Assembly (NCBI GenBank): GCA_026936335.1
Contig: JAPMXV010000001.1
Span: 372,001 to 436,000 of the forward strand
Origin: Mantamonas sphyraenae STR306
Taxonomy: Eukaryota; Protista; CRuMs
Direction: 5' to 3'
Length of the DNA stretch: 64,000 bases
A model generated the notes under the pieces. It was not told the DNA's origin. It saw only the letters and a program-made list of their open reading frames with translations, and made no database searches. Of this stretch, positions 37,301 through 48,381 are shown in pieces. Every line of letters begins with the position of its first letter. The first letter of the stretch is position 1. The position numbers and the translations under genes are program-made.

Positions 37301-38969
37301 GCTGAGACCCGAGGCAGCACGCGCAAACGCACCGCGACGCAATTCACACATCAACATGAGCGAAACATTGAAGCGAGGCAGCTTATCACAAATTGCAGGC
37401 CGCAAAGGGAGTACGAACAGTGACAAGGGAGGAGAGGGCAACGTGGCGCCTGGAGCGAACCATGAGGCTCTGATGCGGCGTGCGTCGACGCGGAACATCA
37501 TGGCACGGACAGCAGGCAAGAAGGAACGCAAGGTGAACAAACACTTGCAGTCGATGCTGAACCAGGGGACGCAGGGTGTTGGAGAGGAGGGGCGGGTGGC
37601 TATGGGGCTGATTACGCTGTGGTTCGAGAGTGACGAGCTGGAGTCCAAGTACAGGGAGATGCGTGTGGAGCAGGAGGCACGAGAGACGGTGGTGTTGGCA
37701 AGGGCGGTGTTGCTGTTGATGGTGAGCATCGGAGTCATCGAGGTGGCAATGGTGGCAATGGTGGAAGATTTGCAAGGGATCACGGGGACAACAGTGGGCC
37801 TTGTGCTGCGTGTGGTTCTGTTGATGGTGGCGTGTGTGTACATGCTGGCGGGGAGCCAACAGGAGCGGCGAGATCGGTCACGGATGACCAATCCGTTCCG
37901 TGTGGCGACACAAGGGACCGAATGGACGCGACGGGTGTGCAGCCAGTGGAGCCGAGTGGGGTTGCTGGTGGCTGTGCTGGCGCTGCAAGCGGCGCAAGTT
38001 TGGTTGTACGAGGAAGAGCTGTATTTGAGTTCGCTGTGCCTGCCGATTTTGGTTGCGTTCATGTTTAGCGGGGTGGAGTTTGTGACGACAATGAGCCTGA
38101 TGACGGCAGGGGTTGTGTTTATGGTGGTGCTGATGTCGGTGCAAGAGTACAGCAACTTGGGCTGGGTGGAAGCATTGGTGAGCTACATGGGGGTGTGTAC
38201 TGGGGGAGCGTTTGCGCTGTATCATTGGGAGACGTCGTTGCGTGTGACGTTCCTGACTGGGCTGTCGCTGGAAAAGGACAAACGAGACCTTGTACGAGAG
38301 CAGCAACGCACGGATGCGCTGCTAAGCAGCATCATGCCATCGCTGATGCTGAAGCAGATGCGGAGCAGCAGCGAGTCGGCGGCGATCTCGACGTTTTCGG
38401 TGTACTTTCCGGACGCATGCATTCTGGTGGCAGACTTGGTTGGGTTCACGCCTCTGTGCAACCGGTTGAGCGCTGTGGAAGTGGTGGAGATTCTGAACGA
38501 CGTGTTTGGCCTGTACGACAAGGTGGCCCACAAGCACGGGGTGCAAAAGATCAAGACGCTGGGCGATGCGGTGGTGATTGCGTCGAGTCCGTATCTGGGC
38601 GTAAAGGGCAATCCGGCACATGCGCTGGCGCGGACTGCGCTGGACCTTGTACGCGTGACAAAGGAGTACCAGGGCCGGGATGGGGTGGAGCTGAAGGTTC
38701 GTGTGGGCATAGACTGTGGCCCTGTGGTGGCGGGTATTCTGGGCAAGACCAAGGTGTCGTGGGATCTGTATGGACAAGCGGTGGACACGGCGACGGCGAT
38801 GGAATCGAGCTCCGAGACAGGGCGCATTCACGTGACCGAAGCGTTTGCAAAGTTGGTGGACGAAGTGTACGTTGTGGAGAAGCGTGGGCGTGTGGCATTG
38901 GACGTGCACGGGGAAACGCGCGTGATGGAGAGTTGGTTTCTTGGGGAGAAGCGGCGGACGGCGTGGTGA
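34371..38969 (+). CDS. Multi-pass membrane nucleotide cyclase with two TM blocks and two class III catalytic domains
   Basis: EKIKTIG...FDVFGDCVNTAARMQSHG and ADLVGFT...KIKTLGD...WDLYG..V.TA..MES, each preceded by a hydrophobic TM cluster. Confidence 0.9.
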   Translation: MASTDRNADLSTRPSRMMSDAVPMFDLEELATSSSNESEGRSRVHAMLHSHSTRERTLSQSSSGSADRVGVSPIPLLNLDRRQSVHGSIATPEQSTYGQRSKSSLSQLTSPARGMSRAPSLGSGSPVQHPGSVARRMSASGFGKQFSPRIQRQIANFVGSDSVAEESHMEGVTERTSSRVHSVEEETNEESGVEPLVDVVAEELENGVQVEMALQPLLNTSDGLSSMLDNLSMKTVRLQFDQEELERSFQANLPELTAHYLPFLLLFLFVFANAEQMTLFAEHFSGQSWMSMPGIAYLVFIGVVYSLAVSLLGVRTRQASHSVHGQTRAVLLIIAAGSLVLQMIFVQRLYIATQVAVAAASFTLTGFASYSSLYLAVAYVLLPVLVFAMGFVVDPVAAEAVMSSRAFWLSFALLANIVLMLYLSMRLVESDAREQFLFDYFRLLYLEEVEAQRAINDRYLGNILPSAIIAKLEADPSLIAEPHDDVSVMFCRFQGLDMPKDREEVADLLRTFAKILKVTDELTDAHEAEKIKTIGSNTVMIVAGVPEQREKHARVLVDLALDLRDALNTLYEQGRIRRVHCQIGINSGSLVAGVLSTRAGLSFDVFGDCVNTAARMQSHGAIDRIHVSSSTYLHVKDDFPFVVREPMDIKGKGVMQTYFVDTEQLERKQPTTSTATRATDASADSSKGGVRASLMSRAHSLRTVKASRAKRMAKGMAEEEERESKVVEKPQRARRRSSASGSQSSDYSSPRRFRMESLMEIPETGLGEEEDVETGEAGEAAVLQKSGSSTGSDGLEMRWEDVRPSEDNEEMEEGDGFDVMFSNPELWRTRVRAARLPSQGSLGRMEIPAGQTRVQRTLKFSGLTYEREAFRTTRRLRSSTIDSGSSRGTEDTGTVEGGEWDGQGATSSDVRALVSPKRTRLERRGRAMSEASGSPPKRRHVGATVAPIVGDVRQESEVERGDRGGDDGTLDAVLVGSLRPEAARANAPRRNSHINMSETLKRGSLSQIAGRKGSTNSDKGGEGNVAPGANHEALMRRASTRNIMARTAGKKERKVNKHLQSMLNQGTQGVGEEGRVAMGLITLWFESDELESKYREMRVEQEARETVVLARAVLLLMVSIGVIEVAMVAMVEDLQGITGTTVGLVLRVVLLMVACVYMLAGSQQERRDRSRMTNPFRVATQGTEWTRRVCSQWSRVGLLVAVLALQAAQVWLYEEELYLSSLCLPILVAFMFSGVEFVTTMSLMTAGVVFMVVLMSVQEYSNLGWVEALVSYMGVCTGGAFALYHWETSLRVTFLTGLSLEKDKRDLVREQQRTDALLSSIMPSLMLKQMRSSSESAAISTFSVYFPDACILVADLVGFTPLCNRLSAVEVVEILNDVFGLYDKVAHKHGVQKIKTLGDAVVIASSPYLGVKGNPAHALARTALDLVRVTKEYQGRDGVELKVRVGIDCGPVVAGILGKTKVSWDLYGQAVDTATAMESSSETGRIHVTEAFAKLVDEVYVVEKRGRVALDVHGETRVMESWFLGEKRRTAW

Positions 38970-39025
38970 GACAAGAGAGTGGTTGTGGGAAGCATGGAAT
39001 GGAAGGAAAGATGCATTCAGTGCGA

Positions 39026-41287
39026 TCACAGGCCCTTGACAGTGAGAAAGGCGTCTTTCGAGGGGTCGCGTCCGAGAAAGTCGACGAGGGCATCCATGGA
39101 GTCGCGGGAGCCGCCGGTGCCGAGGATGTACTTGCGGTACTTTGCGCCCATGTCTGTGTTCATGACGCCGTTCTGCTTGAACTGGAGGAACATGTCTGCG
39201 GAAAAGACCTCTGACCAGAGGTAGCCGTAGTAGCCAGCGTCGTAGCCGCCCATGAGGTGGCCAAATGCGGCGACGGGGTTTGTGCCCGGGGTGTGCTCGA
39301 CCTTTGTGATGTCTGTGCGCAGGGACTCCCAAAGAGTCTCAGAGGGGCCCTGGAGCTGGTTTGTGTGGACGGTCATGTCAAAGACGCCAAAGAAGATCTG
39401 GCGGAGGGTGAGGAGGGCGACGTTTGCGTTCTTTGCGGCGACCATGCGGTCGATGGTGTCCTTGGGCAGTTTGTCGTCAGTGTTCTTGTAGTGACCACTC
39501 ATGCGCTCGAGGATCTCGGGCTGCCAGACCCAGTTTTCGAGCATCTGGGACGGGGCCTCGACAAAGTCGCGCTCGACGTTTGTGCCTGCAAAGCGGGCGT
39601 ACTTGGCCTGTGTGCAGAGGCCGTGCATGACGTGGCCAAACTCGTGGAAGTAGGTGACGACCTCGTTGTGGTTGAGGAGGGAAGGCTTGTCTTCGGTTGG
39701 CTGGTTGAAGTTGCAGACCATGGCTGCGGCGGGTTTCTGACGGGTGGAGCCGTCTTGGGAGAGGCAGCCCGGCTGGAGCGGGAAGCAGGCGGCGTGTGTG
39801 TACTTGCCGTCGCGCGGGTGGAGGTCGAGGTAAAAGTGGCCAACAAAGTCGTTTGAGGCAGCGTCGTGGACCTGGAAGAGCTGGACGTCCTTGTGCCAGA
39901 CTTGGGGCTGGTCGACTTGAGTGAACACGAGGCCGAGAAGCTCCTGGTAGATGTCGAGGAGAGCCTTGGTGACGATCTGGATGGGGAAGTACTGGCGGAT
40001 GGCCTCGTCGTCGACCTGGTACTCGGTTTCGAGGAGCTTGTGGTGGTAGTAGCGGAAGTCCCATGCGTTGAGCTTGCCGTCAAAGTCGACGCCGTTGTCT
40101 TTGCACTCCTGTTCCTTGAGCTGGAGGAGCTTTTCCTTCTCTGCGGCGGCGGCGGGCTGGAGTTTCTCGATGAGCTCGTTCTCCATGTCCATGACGGCGT
40201 CCGAGTTCTTGGCCATCTTGACCTCGAGCTTGTAGGCGGCGTGGTGTTGGTAGCCCATGAGTTCGGCAATCTGCTGGCGAAGCTGGACGGCGCGCTCAAA
40301 GAGGGGCACGTTCTCGTCGATGAGCTTGGAGGAGTTTGTGACCTCCATGGTTTTGCGAGTGGCCTCGACCTGGCACTTGTCCATGACGGGAAGTAGGTCG
40401 GGGTACTTGAGAGTGAAGACGTACTTGCCGTCGTCGTCGAGCGGGTGGCTCTTGACAAAGTCGTCGGGGAGACCGGTGAGCTCGTCGGCGGAGAAATGGA
40501 GCTTGGTGACCTCTTCGTTCATGTTTTTGGAAAACTCGATGCATGCGTCGGAGAGTTCCTTCTTGAGCTCCTTGATCTTGTCCTGGGTTTCCTGATCGAG
40601 CTCGAGGCCGTTGCGCTTGTAGCCGAGGAGGACCTTTTCCATGAAGCGCTTGTCCTCGTCGTCGAGATCGAGGTCGCCTGGGTTGGCAAGGATGCGCTGG
40701 TGGGCGGCGGAGAGCTTGAGAAAGACGTCCTGACGCATGCCGTCGTCAATGTCAAACTGCGAGAGTTTGCGGTCTGCTTCTGTGCTTGCCTCGCGGATGG
40801 CCTTGTCCTCGCAGACGTACTGTGGGAAGTGGATGCTAGAGCCTTGCGTGCGGGACCAGCGCTCGACGTCTGCGATGGCCTGGAAGGTGTTTTCCCAGGT
40901 GAGGGCGTCTGGACGGAAACGGGAGGAGGATTGGGGGAGTGGCAAACGGGGAAGAGGCGGACGGAAGGCGGAGGGGGAACCGGGAGGGGGGGGGGGGGTA
41001 GGGGAGCAGGAAGGGTGAGTGCGTGGGCAAAGGTGGTGAGGAGAGGCGTAGGTGAAACGAGGAGGAAGCAGGAAAGTGTGTGGAGGGGCGGGAGGGCGGA
41101 AGAGGGATTCGCGGGGGCAACTCCCTGGGGAGTTGGAGTTGGAGGGGAACATACCGTCGTCGAGGGCGGCAATGGAGTCAGAAACAGCCTGGACCTTTTC
41201 GATGATCTCGTCCGCCTTTTGGGCGATCTGATCTGCAGTGAGAGTCCAGTCGAGGAATTCCGGGGCGGCGTATGCGTCGGAGGACAT
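39026..41287 (-). CDS. Thimet oligopeptidase/neurolysin (M3A metallopeptidase); 246-nt in-frame intron 40909-41154
   Basis: FYLDLHPRDGKY.HAA, FHEFGHVMH, DFVEAPSQMLENW, GGYDAGYYGYLWSEV. Confidence 0.95.
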   Translation of the reverse strand: MSSDAYAAPEFLDWTLTADQIAQKADEIIEKVQAVSDSIAALDDGMFPSNSNSPGSCPRESLFRPPAPPHTFLLPPRFTYASPHHLCPRTHPSCSPTPPPPPGSPSAFRPPLPRLPLPQSSSRFRPDALTWENTFQAIADVERWSRTQGSSIHFPQYVCEDKAIREASTEADRKLSQFDIDDGMRQDVFLKLSAAHQRILANPGDLDLDDEDKRFMEKVLLGYKRNGLELDQETQDKIKELKKELSDACIEFSKNMNEEVTKLHFSADELTGLPDDFVKSHPLDDDGKYVFTLKYPDLLPVMDKCQVEATRKTMEVTNSSKLIDENVPLFERAVQLRQQIAELMGYQHHAAYKLEVKMAKNSDAVMDMENELIEKLQPAAAAEKEKLLQLKEQECKDNGVDFDGKLNAWDFRYYHHKLLETEYQVDDEAIRQYFPIQIVTKALLDIYQELLGLVFTQVDQPQVWHKDVQLFQVHDAASNDFVGHFYLDLHPRDGKYTHAACFPLQPGCLSQDGSTRQKPAAAMVCNFNQPTEDKPSLLNHNEVVTYFHEFGHVMHGLCTQAKYARFAGTNVERDFVEAPSQMLENWVWQPEILERMSGHYKNTDDKLPKDTIDRMVAAKNANVALLTLRQIFFGVFDMTVHTNQLQGPSETLWESLRTDITKVEHTPGTNPVAAFGHLMGGYDAGYYGYLWSEVFSADMFLQFKQNGVMNTDMGAKYRKYILGTGGSRDSMDALVDFLGRDPSKDAFLTVKGL

Positions 41288-41470
41288 GTTTGTGGATGTT
41301 TCGGGTGGGTGGGACGGCGTGTGAAGCGTGCGAGGTGTGGATGACGGAAAGGGGGAAGGGGTAGGGGGGGTAGGATGGGTGGGTAGGGGCAGGGGGTCAA
41401 GGGTGATGTGGAGAGTCGGGAGACGGAATGGAAGGAGCGGAGTCGCAGGCAACCCAAGCACACGACGAGC

Positions 41471-43129
41471 ATGAGCCAGACGGAAGAAGAAGACTACGAA
41501 GAGCCGCCCACGAACCTGATCAAGGCACTGGTGAGCCAGCTGGGCAAGGGAGCGGATCTGACCAAGGTTGGTTGTGGGATGGAGGAGGAGAGCGTTTGGT
41601 TTGGGATCATGCATCTCGGCAGTCGCTGACGTAGGAGGTCGGGGCCGGAAAAAAACGCACTCACACGGGCGAACAGGTGACGATCCCGGCCGAGTTTCTG
41701 GAACCGCGGTCACTGCTGGAGATGTACTCGGACATGAACGGGTACCCGCAGCTGTTGGCAGAGTAGGTTGGGCTGGAGCGGAGGCGGGAGAAATGGGGCA
41801 CGCGGTGGGAGAGCGAGAGGGTTTCGAGGCTGACCGCCGTTTTTCGGGCTGGACGGGTGAACGGGGCGTGCTTTGCACAGGTGCACAGAGCCTGACGACG
41901 AGGTGGAGCGCATGATTGCCGTGCTGCGGTGGTATTTTTCGTCTGTGGGTCGTCGACGCGGCACAAAGAAGCCGTACAACCCGCTGCTGGGCGAGATGTA
42001 CCGGTGAGTTTGTGCGGGAGGGGCAAGGCAGAACGAGGTGGAAACGCGAGTGCAGGTTGGAGAGGAGACATGCTGACGCAAGGGGAACTTGGCATGTGTG
42101 TGGAATGGTGTGTGTGCTTGTGTGTGTGTGTGTGCGTGTGTGTGTGTGGCACGGGTGTGGACGCATGTGCGTGGACGTGGTGTGCATGGTTTTGTAGATG
42201 CGAATGGGATTTGGAAGAGTTTGGTGCGGGCAAGTCGTACTTTCTGGCGGAGCAGGTGTCGCACCATCCGCCCACGTCTGCGTTCTACGTGGAGAACCCG
42301 GAGAAGCAAGTGATGTACATTGGTCACATCACGACGCGGTCCAAGTTTTACGTGACGTCTGCGGGCGTGATCAACGAGGGCAAGGGCTTCATCCTGCTGA
42401 AGGACCGTGACGACGAGGAGTACGTGCTGACGTATCCTGCAGGATACATCCGCAACCTGCTTGTGGGCACGATGCGTTTCGAACTGGGCGGCTCTGTGCA
42501 GGTGCTGTGCGAAGCGACGGGTCTGCAGGCGGACATCGAGTTTAAGACGAAGGGCATGCTGTGGGGCGACTGGGACCAGGTGGAGGGAAGCATCAGCACG
42601 ACGGACGGCACGAAGCTGTACACGTTGGACGGAAACTGGAAGGAGCAGATCAACATGACGGACAAGTCGACAGGCGAAACGACGGTTCTGTTTGATTTTG
42701 CTGACCAGCAGCTGGTTGCCAAGACGGATGTGCCGCTTGAGGAGCAGGCGAGTGTGGAGAGCCAGAAGTAAGTGGCGAGGGGACGAGGTGGGGGGCGGGG
42801 CAAGTGTTGAGGAGGGAGTTGGAAGCTGACACTGTGTGTGTGTGTGTGTGTGCGTGTGCATGGGTATCAACAGCAAATGGAAGCACGTGACGGCTGCGTT
42901 GAAGGAGAAGGATGTGCACACGGCGAACGAGCACAAGCACGAGCTGGAGGAGATCCAGCGTGCGGAGAAGAAAGAGCGTGATGCAGAGAGCCGCGAGTGG
43001 GAAACGCGCTTCTTCCACTACGAGGAGGATGTGGACAAGTGGCAATACGACGACTTTGGCCGCTATGTGGAGGTCAAGGACAAGTTTGGGGCCACTCTGA
43101 AGGAGATGGTGGGCGACGACAAGGAATAG
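41471..43129 (+). CDS. Short oxysterol-binding protein-related protein (ORD only; 5 exons)
   Basis: GADLTKVTIPAEFLEPRSLLE, KKPYNPLLGE, fingerprint EQVSHHPP, KHELEEIQR. Confidence 0.93.
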
Positions 43130-43317
43130 TTTGGGGCCATGTTGGGCCGGGGTTGGAGAGAAGCATCGAGCAGTGGAAACGACAATGAATTCATGGCTTG
43201 ATTTCATGAGGGAAGATGAGGGATGGAGGAAACAGGGTTGTTGGGGAAAGCGGACAGGCACTGCGAGCGCTCGGCGACGAGGAGGGAATGAGGGAATGCG
43301 GGAGGATGGGCTGTTGG

Positions 43318-43500
43318 CTACCTCCTGCGGGCAGCAGTCTTGAAGCAGGTGGAGAGGGCTTGAAATTCTTTGTCGCATGCGCCGCGGTGGATGTTGTTGG
43401 TGGTGTCGACAATGGCAGCCATGCAGGCGCCGTAGGCTGTGGCTTGCGCTGAGCAGGTGGCCAGGGCAGTGGCGAGACGTGTGCGCGGAGTGTTTGGCAT
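43318..43500 (-). CDS. NDUFAF8: Twin CX9C complex I assembly factor NDUFAF8-like
   Basis: 60-aa ORF: LATCSAQATAYGACM...GACDKEFQALSTCF. Confidence 0.75.
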   Translation of the reverse strand: MPNTPRTRLATALATCSAQATAYGACMAAIVDTTNNIHRGACDKEFQALSTCFKTAARRR

Positions 43501-43646
43501 GGGTGGAAGAGGTGGCGTGGAAGGTAGCAGAGACGGTGGATGCGGGAGGGGGGTTTGTGCAGGGACGGAAGCGGGGGAGCGTTTTTTGCGGTGTTTGCGG
43601 AGGCGCGATATGGGACGCAACGAAAGAAGAGGCTTCGGAGCGCGTG

Positions 43647-45717
43647 ATGGACGACGAGAAGAAGAGGAAGCGGCTGTTGCAGGAGCTGACGGAGGTGGGA
43701 GTGGACGAAGCAGTGGCGTTGAAGGCGCTGGAGGCGACGTTCTACTTGTCGACAGACTTTGCGTGGGAATACATGAACGAGGAGGGAAGCAGTGGGCAAG
43801 AGAGGGTTGTGGAGCGGGCAAAGAAGCGGCTGGAGCGGAGGCTGTCGCAGCTGGCAGAGGAAGGCGAGTCCGAGTCGGTGGGGCTGGATCGTGAAGAGAG
43901 CTCAGAGTCGTTCTATTTCGAGGACGAGGACAGCGAGGCGCTGGACGAGGGCGACGACTATCTGGACGAAGACGACGACGCAATCTACGGGCTATCGTGT
44001 AAGTGAGCGGGGAGAGAAGTTGGGGGCAAAGGGGGTCGTGCAATGCAGAGGGCCGGAGAGAGGCGGAAGAGCAAGGTGAATTCCGGCGAGAGGGCTGACG
44101 CGCAGCTGGGGGCCGCAACAACGGCGGCCTGACGGTGGATGCGGGTGCTGGGATGTGTGGCGAATAGCGAGTCTGGCGAGCCAGCAGAAGAAGGATTTCC
44201 GAGTGCTGGACGAGAAGCTGATTGTGCAGGCGCGTGAGGACACGCTGGAGGCGTGTGCGAAGCGTTTCGGGCTGAGCCTGGCGGTGACGGCGGCGCTGCT
44301 GAAGTACTTTGAATGGGACATCAGCGCATTTGATGAAGCTATGGAACAGGATGCGCAAGAGGTGTTTGACAAGGCAGGCGTGCACCCTGAGCAAACGGTG
44401 AACAACCGAAAGGGCAAGGGCAAGGTGTCGCAAGGAGGGTCGATCTACCTGGCGTCTGTGCTGGAAGAGAAGACGGGCACGTGTCCGATTTGCTTTGAAG
44501 ACGCCATGCAGCTGTCTGCGCTCGAGGTGAGTTGGAGTGGGAGGATGTTGGGGTGTTTGGGGCGCTGGGAACTGACGGAGCTGAGGTCGCACGGGCACAC
44601 AGTGTGGGCACTTTGTGTGCAACGAGTGCTGGGAGTATGGCCTGACGCTGAAGATCAACGAGTCGGAGGTGACGGGCCTGAGGTGCATGGGACACGCAAA
44701 GTGTAACCTGGTGGTGCCGGAGGCGCTGATTGAATCGCTGGTGTCGAGCGATGTGTACGAAAAGTACCTGCGCTTCCTGATGGCTTCGTACGTGAAAGAA
44801 AGCAAGCTGGTGAAGTGGTGTCCGCGGCCGGGCTGCGAGAACGCAGTGGCGGGGGTCAGCAAGTCGAAGCTGGGCAAAGGGGTCACGGTGAAGTGTTCGT
44901 GCGGCTTCAAGTTTTGCTACGACTGCAACAACGAAGCGCATGCGCCAGCGACGTGTGCACAGGTGCGTCTGTGGAAGGAGAAGTTTGACAGTGACGAAGA
45001 GACACAAAAGTACATGAAGGTGTACGTGAAGCGTAAGTTGTGGACGGAGATGGGGTGGGGTGGGCAAATGGTTGTGTGTAGGGAGAAGGGAGAAGGCGCC
45101 TCTGACACGAGAGTGTGTGCGCAGCGTGCCCGAAATGTGGCGTGCTGGTGAAGAAGGAGGAAGGGTGCAATCACATCTGGAACGACCCGTGCGGGTTTCA
45201 TTGGTGCTGGGTGTGCAACCAGGCGTGGGAGGGCCACGACGACTACTACAACTGCAACAAGTTTACGGCTGAGAAGCAGAAGGAGATCAAGAACGAGCAG
45301 GACGAGGCGCTGGCGGCACTGGAAAAGTGGAAGCACTACAGCGAGCGGTACGCAGACAACATGATGAGCGAGGAGCTGGAAAGGAAGAACAGGGACAAGG
45401 CAGAAGCAAAGATGAAGGAGCTGGTGGACCATTCGGGGTCGTACATCGACGCACAATTTCTGTTGAAAGCGGTGGAACAGCTGGAAGAGTGCCGGCGGCT
45501 GCTGAAGTACACGTATCTGCACGCGTTCTTTCTGGGGGACACGGAGCGAGAGCTGTTTGAGTTTCACCAGAAAGACCTGCTGGCGATCACAGACAAGTTG
45601 AGCGAGACGCTGACGATGCCTGTGGACCGGCTTGTGGAACCTGAAGGAGTGAGCAGGATCAACAATCTGATCAGTGTGGCGCGCAAGAATTTCGAGAACA
45701 TGGAGGTGCGTAAGTGA
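43647..45717 (+). CDS. Ariadne-family RBR E3 ubiquitin ligase with N-terminal UBA-like domain (4 exons)
   Basis: RING1 CPICFE...CGHFVCNECW; IBR WCPRPGC...CSCGFKFCYDC...HAPATC; RING2 CPKC...GCNH...CWVC; Ariadne domain ECRRLLKYTY..AFF...LFEF.Q. Confidence 0.9.
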
Positions 45718-45857
45718 AGAGGGGCGAGAGGCAATGAAGAACGGTTGGAGGTCATGTTTTCTGTGGGGCCGGGGAGACGGCAGGGTGGGCCGCGGGGCTT
45801 TTCATTTTCAACACAAACTCGGTTTGTTGCGTGCCGCGCGGTTGGAAGACCAGCAGA

Positions 45858-46337
45858 CGGGTGCATGGTATGCCAGTGCAGATTGGGAGAGGGTTATTGT
45901 GGGGTACGTGTGATTGAAGTACGCTGAGCAGACCTGTGTGGAGTTGGGAGCCTGCGGCCGGAAGTGGAGGGGTACGTGGAGACGACGCGCTTCGAGTACG
46001 CGCAGTACGGCATCACGCAGGTGCTGGTGGAGCCCGGAGGAGCAGGCACCAACTTCTTCAGCAACCTCCTGCCTGGCTCGAACAGCGAGGCGGCCGAGAA
46101 GTATCCGGAGGGACAGAAGGGTACCAGGCATCGTTCATGGCGTTCGCTTCGTCTGGCGCCATGCTGAAGGGCCCCGAGGTGTCGGAGCTGTTTGCAGAAA
46201 TTGTCAACACCGAGAAGCCCAAGTTCCGCTACGTGATTGGCCCGAACGATGCGGAAATCAGCACGCCTGCGATCAACGAACTGTCTGAGGAGGTGTACAC
46301 CAAGACTCTTGGCAACTTTGGCCTGAGCCTGGAGTGA
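45858..46337 (+). pseudogene. 5'-truncated, frameshifted short-chain dehydrogenase relic
   Basis: GAWYAS...VEGYVETTRFEYAQYGITQVLVEPGG.GTNF...KPKFRYVIG. No Rossmann N-terminus, catalytic Lys region missing, frameshift near 46121. Confidence 0.65.
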
Positions 46338-46369
46338 TGGGAAGAGCGAACAATGGACAATGGACACAA

Positions 46370-48346
46370 CTACTTTGGCGTACTTGCATTCTTCTGCTGC
46401 TTGAGTTGGCCACGCACCTTTTTCCACTTTGCACCTGCTGTGACACTGACGTTGTTGCCTTTTGCAAGCGCCTCTTTGGCACGCTTGCCAAAGAGTTTGA
46501 CCTTGTCGCCGGCCTTGTTGGAGGAAGAGGCGTCGCTGTTGCCTCTCCTTCGGCCACGGAGAAAATCCATGCTGGAGCGCGATGGGGATGGAGTGGGGAG
46601 GGCCGCGGCGGTGGATGCGTCTGTGTCGGCCTGGGGTCTGGTTTGGGCGTCGTCGTCATCGTCAGTGGATGAACGGGACAGGTCCAGGTCGGAGGAGATG
46701 GAGGAGGAGCTGGTGGTTCGTGTGGACCTTGTGTCAATCTGGGCTTCGTCGGAGGTGGTAGGGGCAGCAGCTGCTTTGTCTTTGCGTGAGAGGCGTGTAC
46801 GTAGGCTGGCAAGGCGCTTTTTCTCTTTCTGGGCCTCGCGCTGCTGCATCTCGTGGCGCAGGCGTGCGAGGTCGCGCTTGACGCTGTCCTGTTCACCGAG
46901 CTCTTCGGCAAGCTGATTCTTTGTGTCTATGAGGCCACGGTAGGCTTCTTCGAGTTGTGTTTCGAGGTCTTTGATGCGTGCATGAGCGGCATCGAGCTGT
47001 GTGGTGGCGTCGTCGCGCTGGGAAAGAGCGAGCGAGGTTGCCTCCTCGGCAGCCTCGATCTGTGCGGCGTGCGCGCTGCGGAGGACAAGCAGATCTGTGC
47101 GTTGCTGGTCCTGTGCGGTTTCCAGCTCACGCAGCTGGTCGGCAAGGTTGACCATTTCGGCAAACATGCGTTCGCTGCGCACACCGGCGTCGACGGCTTC
47201 AAGGCGTCCGTGGAGCCGATCAAGCTCGCGCTGCTGCTTCAGTTGTTCTTGTGCGTGCTCATGGAGCTCTTGGTCCATGACATGCATGCTGAGCTTGCTT
47301 GCGGCGAGCTGTGCTTCCAGCTCCTCCTTTTCGATGGCCAAATTGTTGGAGCGTGTGCGCTCGTGTTGGAGTTCGATGTCTGCGTGCTGGAGATGGGCGA
47401 CGCGATGGCGCAGGTCTTGCACCTCGAGGTCGAGTTCGGCGGTGTTGAGCTTGCTGCCGATCAGCTGCTGCTCGAGGGTTTTGATTTCGGCCTGTGCGCG
47501 GGCCTCGCCCGAGGCTATGATGGCGCCAACACGGCGGACGAGATCTGTGGCGACGCGGGGGTCGAGGATGGCGTGTTGCATGTCGTCCAGCAGCAACTCA
47601 AGGTCGTCGGCTTCGTCGTGCTGTGCGTCGACGCCTGCAGCATCGAGGAGGTTGGAGGCGCGAGCACGACGCAGCTGCTTCTGTTCGGTGAGGAGCTGAT
47701 GGATGGGCTCGATGACTTCGACAAGAACGGCGTACTGCTCCTTGGTGAGGGTGGTCTGGAGGTTTGTGACGAGAACGGCGGCGGCAATGGAAAAGGACTT
47801 TGCGGTGATGCGGTCTTGGGTGAGCATCTGGTCGAGGTCGAGGTCAAAGTGCAGGCGGACGGGTTCGAGAAGGGTGGCGAGACGTTCGTTGCGGAGTGCG
47901 TCGTGGATGGCGACCTGGAGGTCGGTGCACTCGACGTGGCCGACAAGGTGAAAGTCGGGGAGGCCATCGGCGGTGGTGTTGGAGTCCTCCAGGGCAGCAA
48001 TGGAATCGATGTTGAGGCTGAGCAAGGTCATGTCCAAGCGGATGCCGCGTGTTTCGGGGGTGTCTGTCTCGGAGGCGACGGGAGCAGGCGGGAGGACAAA
48101 AGACGGGCTGGCAATGCGTACAATTAGGCGAATGCGAGGAGTGTGGCGTGTGGAGGGTGGTTTGAGGTAGAGGAGTTTGACGTCGTGGACGAAAAAGTCA
48201 AGGAGCTCGCGGACGGTGTCCATGTCGCTGACGAGGGTGAGCGGGTTGACAAAGGCACGTGCGTTGACATCGCCCTGTTCGGGAAAGAGGAGTAGATCTG
48301 TAAAGTCAGCCGAGGGGTCGGACGAGTCGGACGGGTCGGACGGGTG

Positions 48347-48381
<35 letters not shown>

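Noticed and set aside
42110-42150. (GT)n microsatellites here and at ~7641-7664 and ~42833-42858
   Set aside because: Ordinary intronic simple repeats.
39026-42187. 1053-aa ORF with a long Pro/His-rich N-terminus
   Set aside because: The extension is antisense to OSBP and includes an in-frame intron; the real peptidase starts at 41287.
32810-43500. Complex I gene cluster (NDUFA9 and NDUFAF8)
   Set aside because: Separated by three unrelated genes; compatible with chance.
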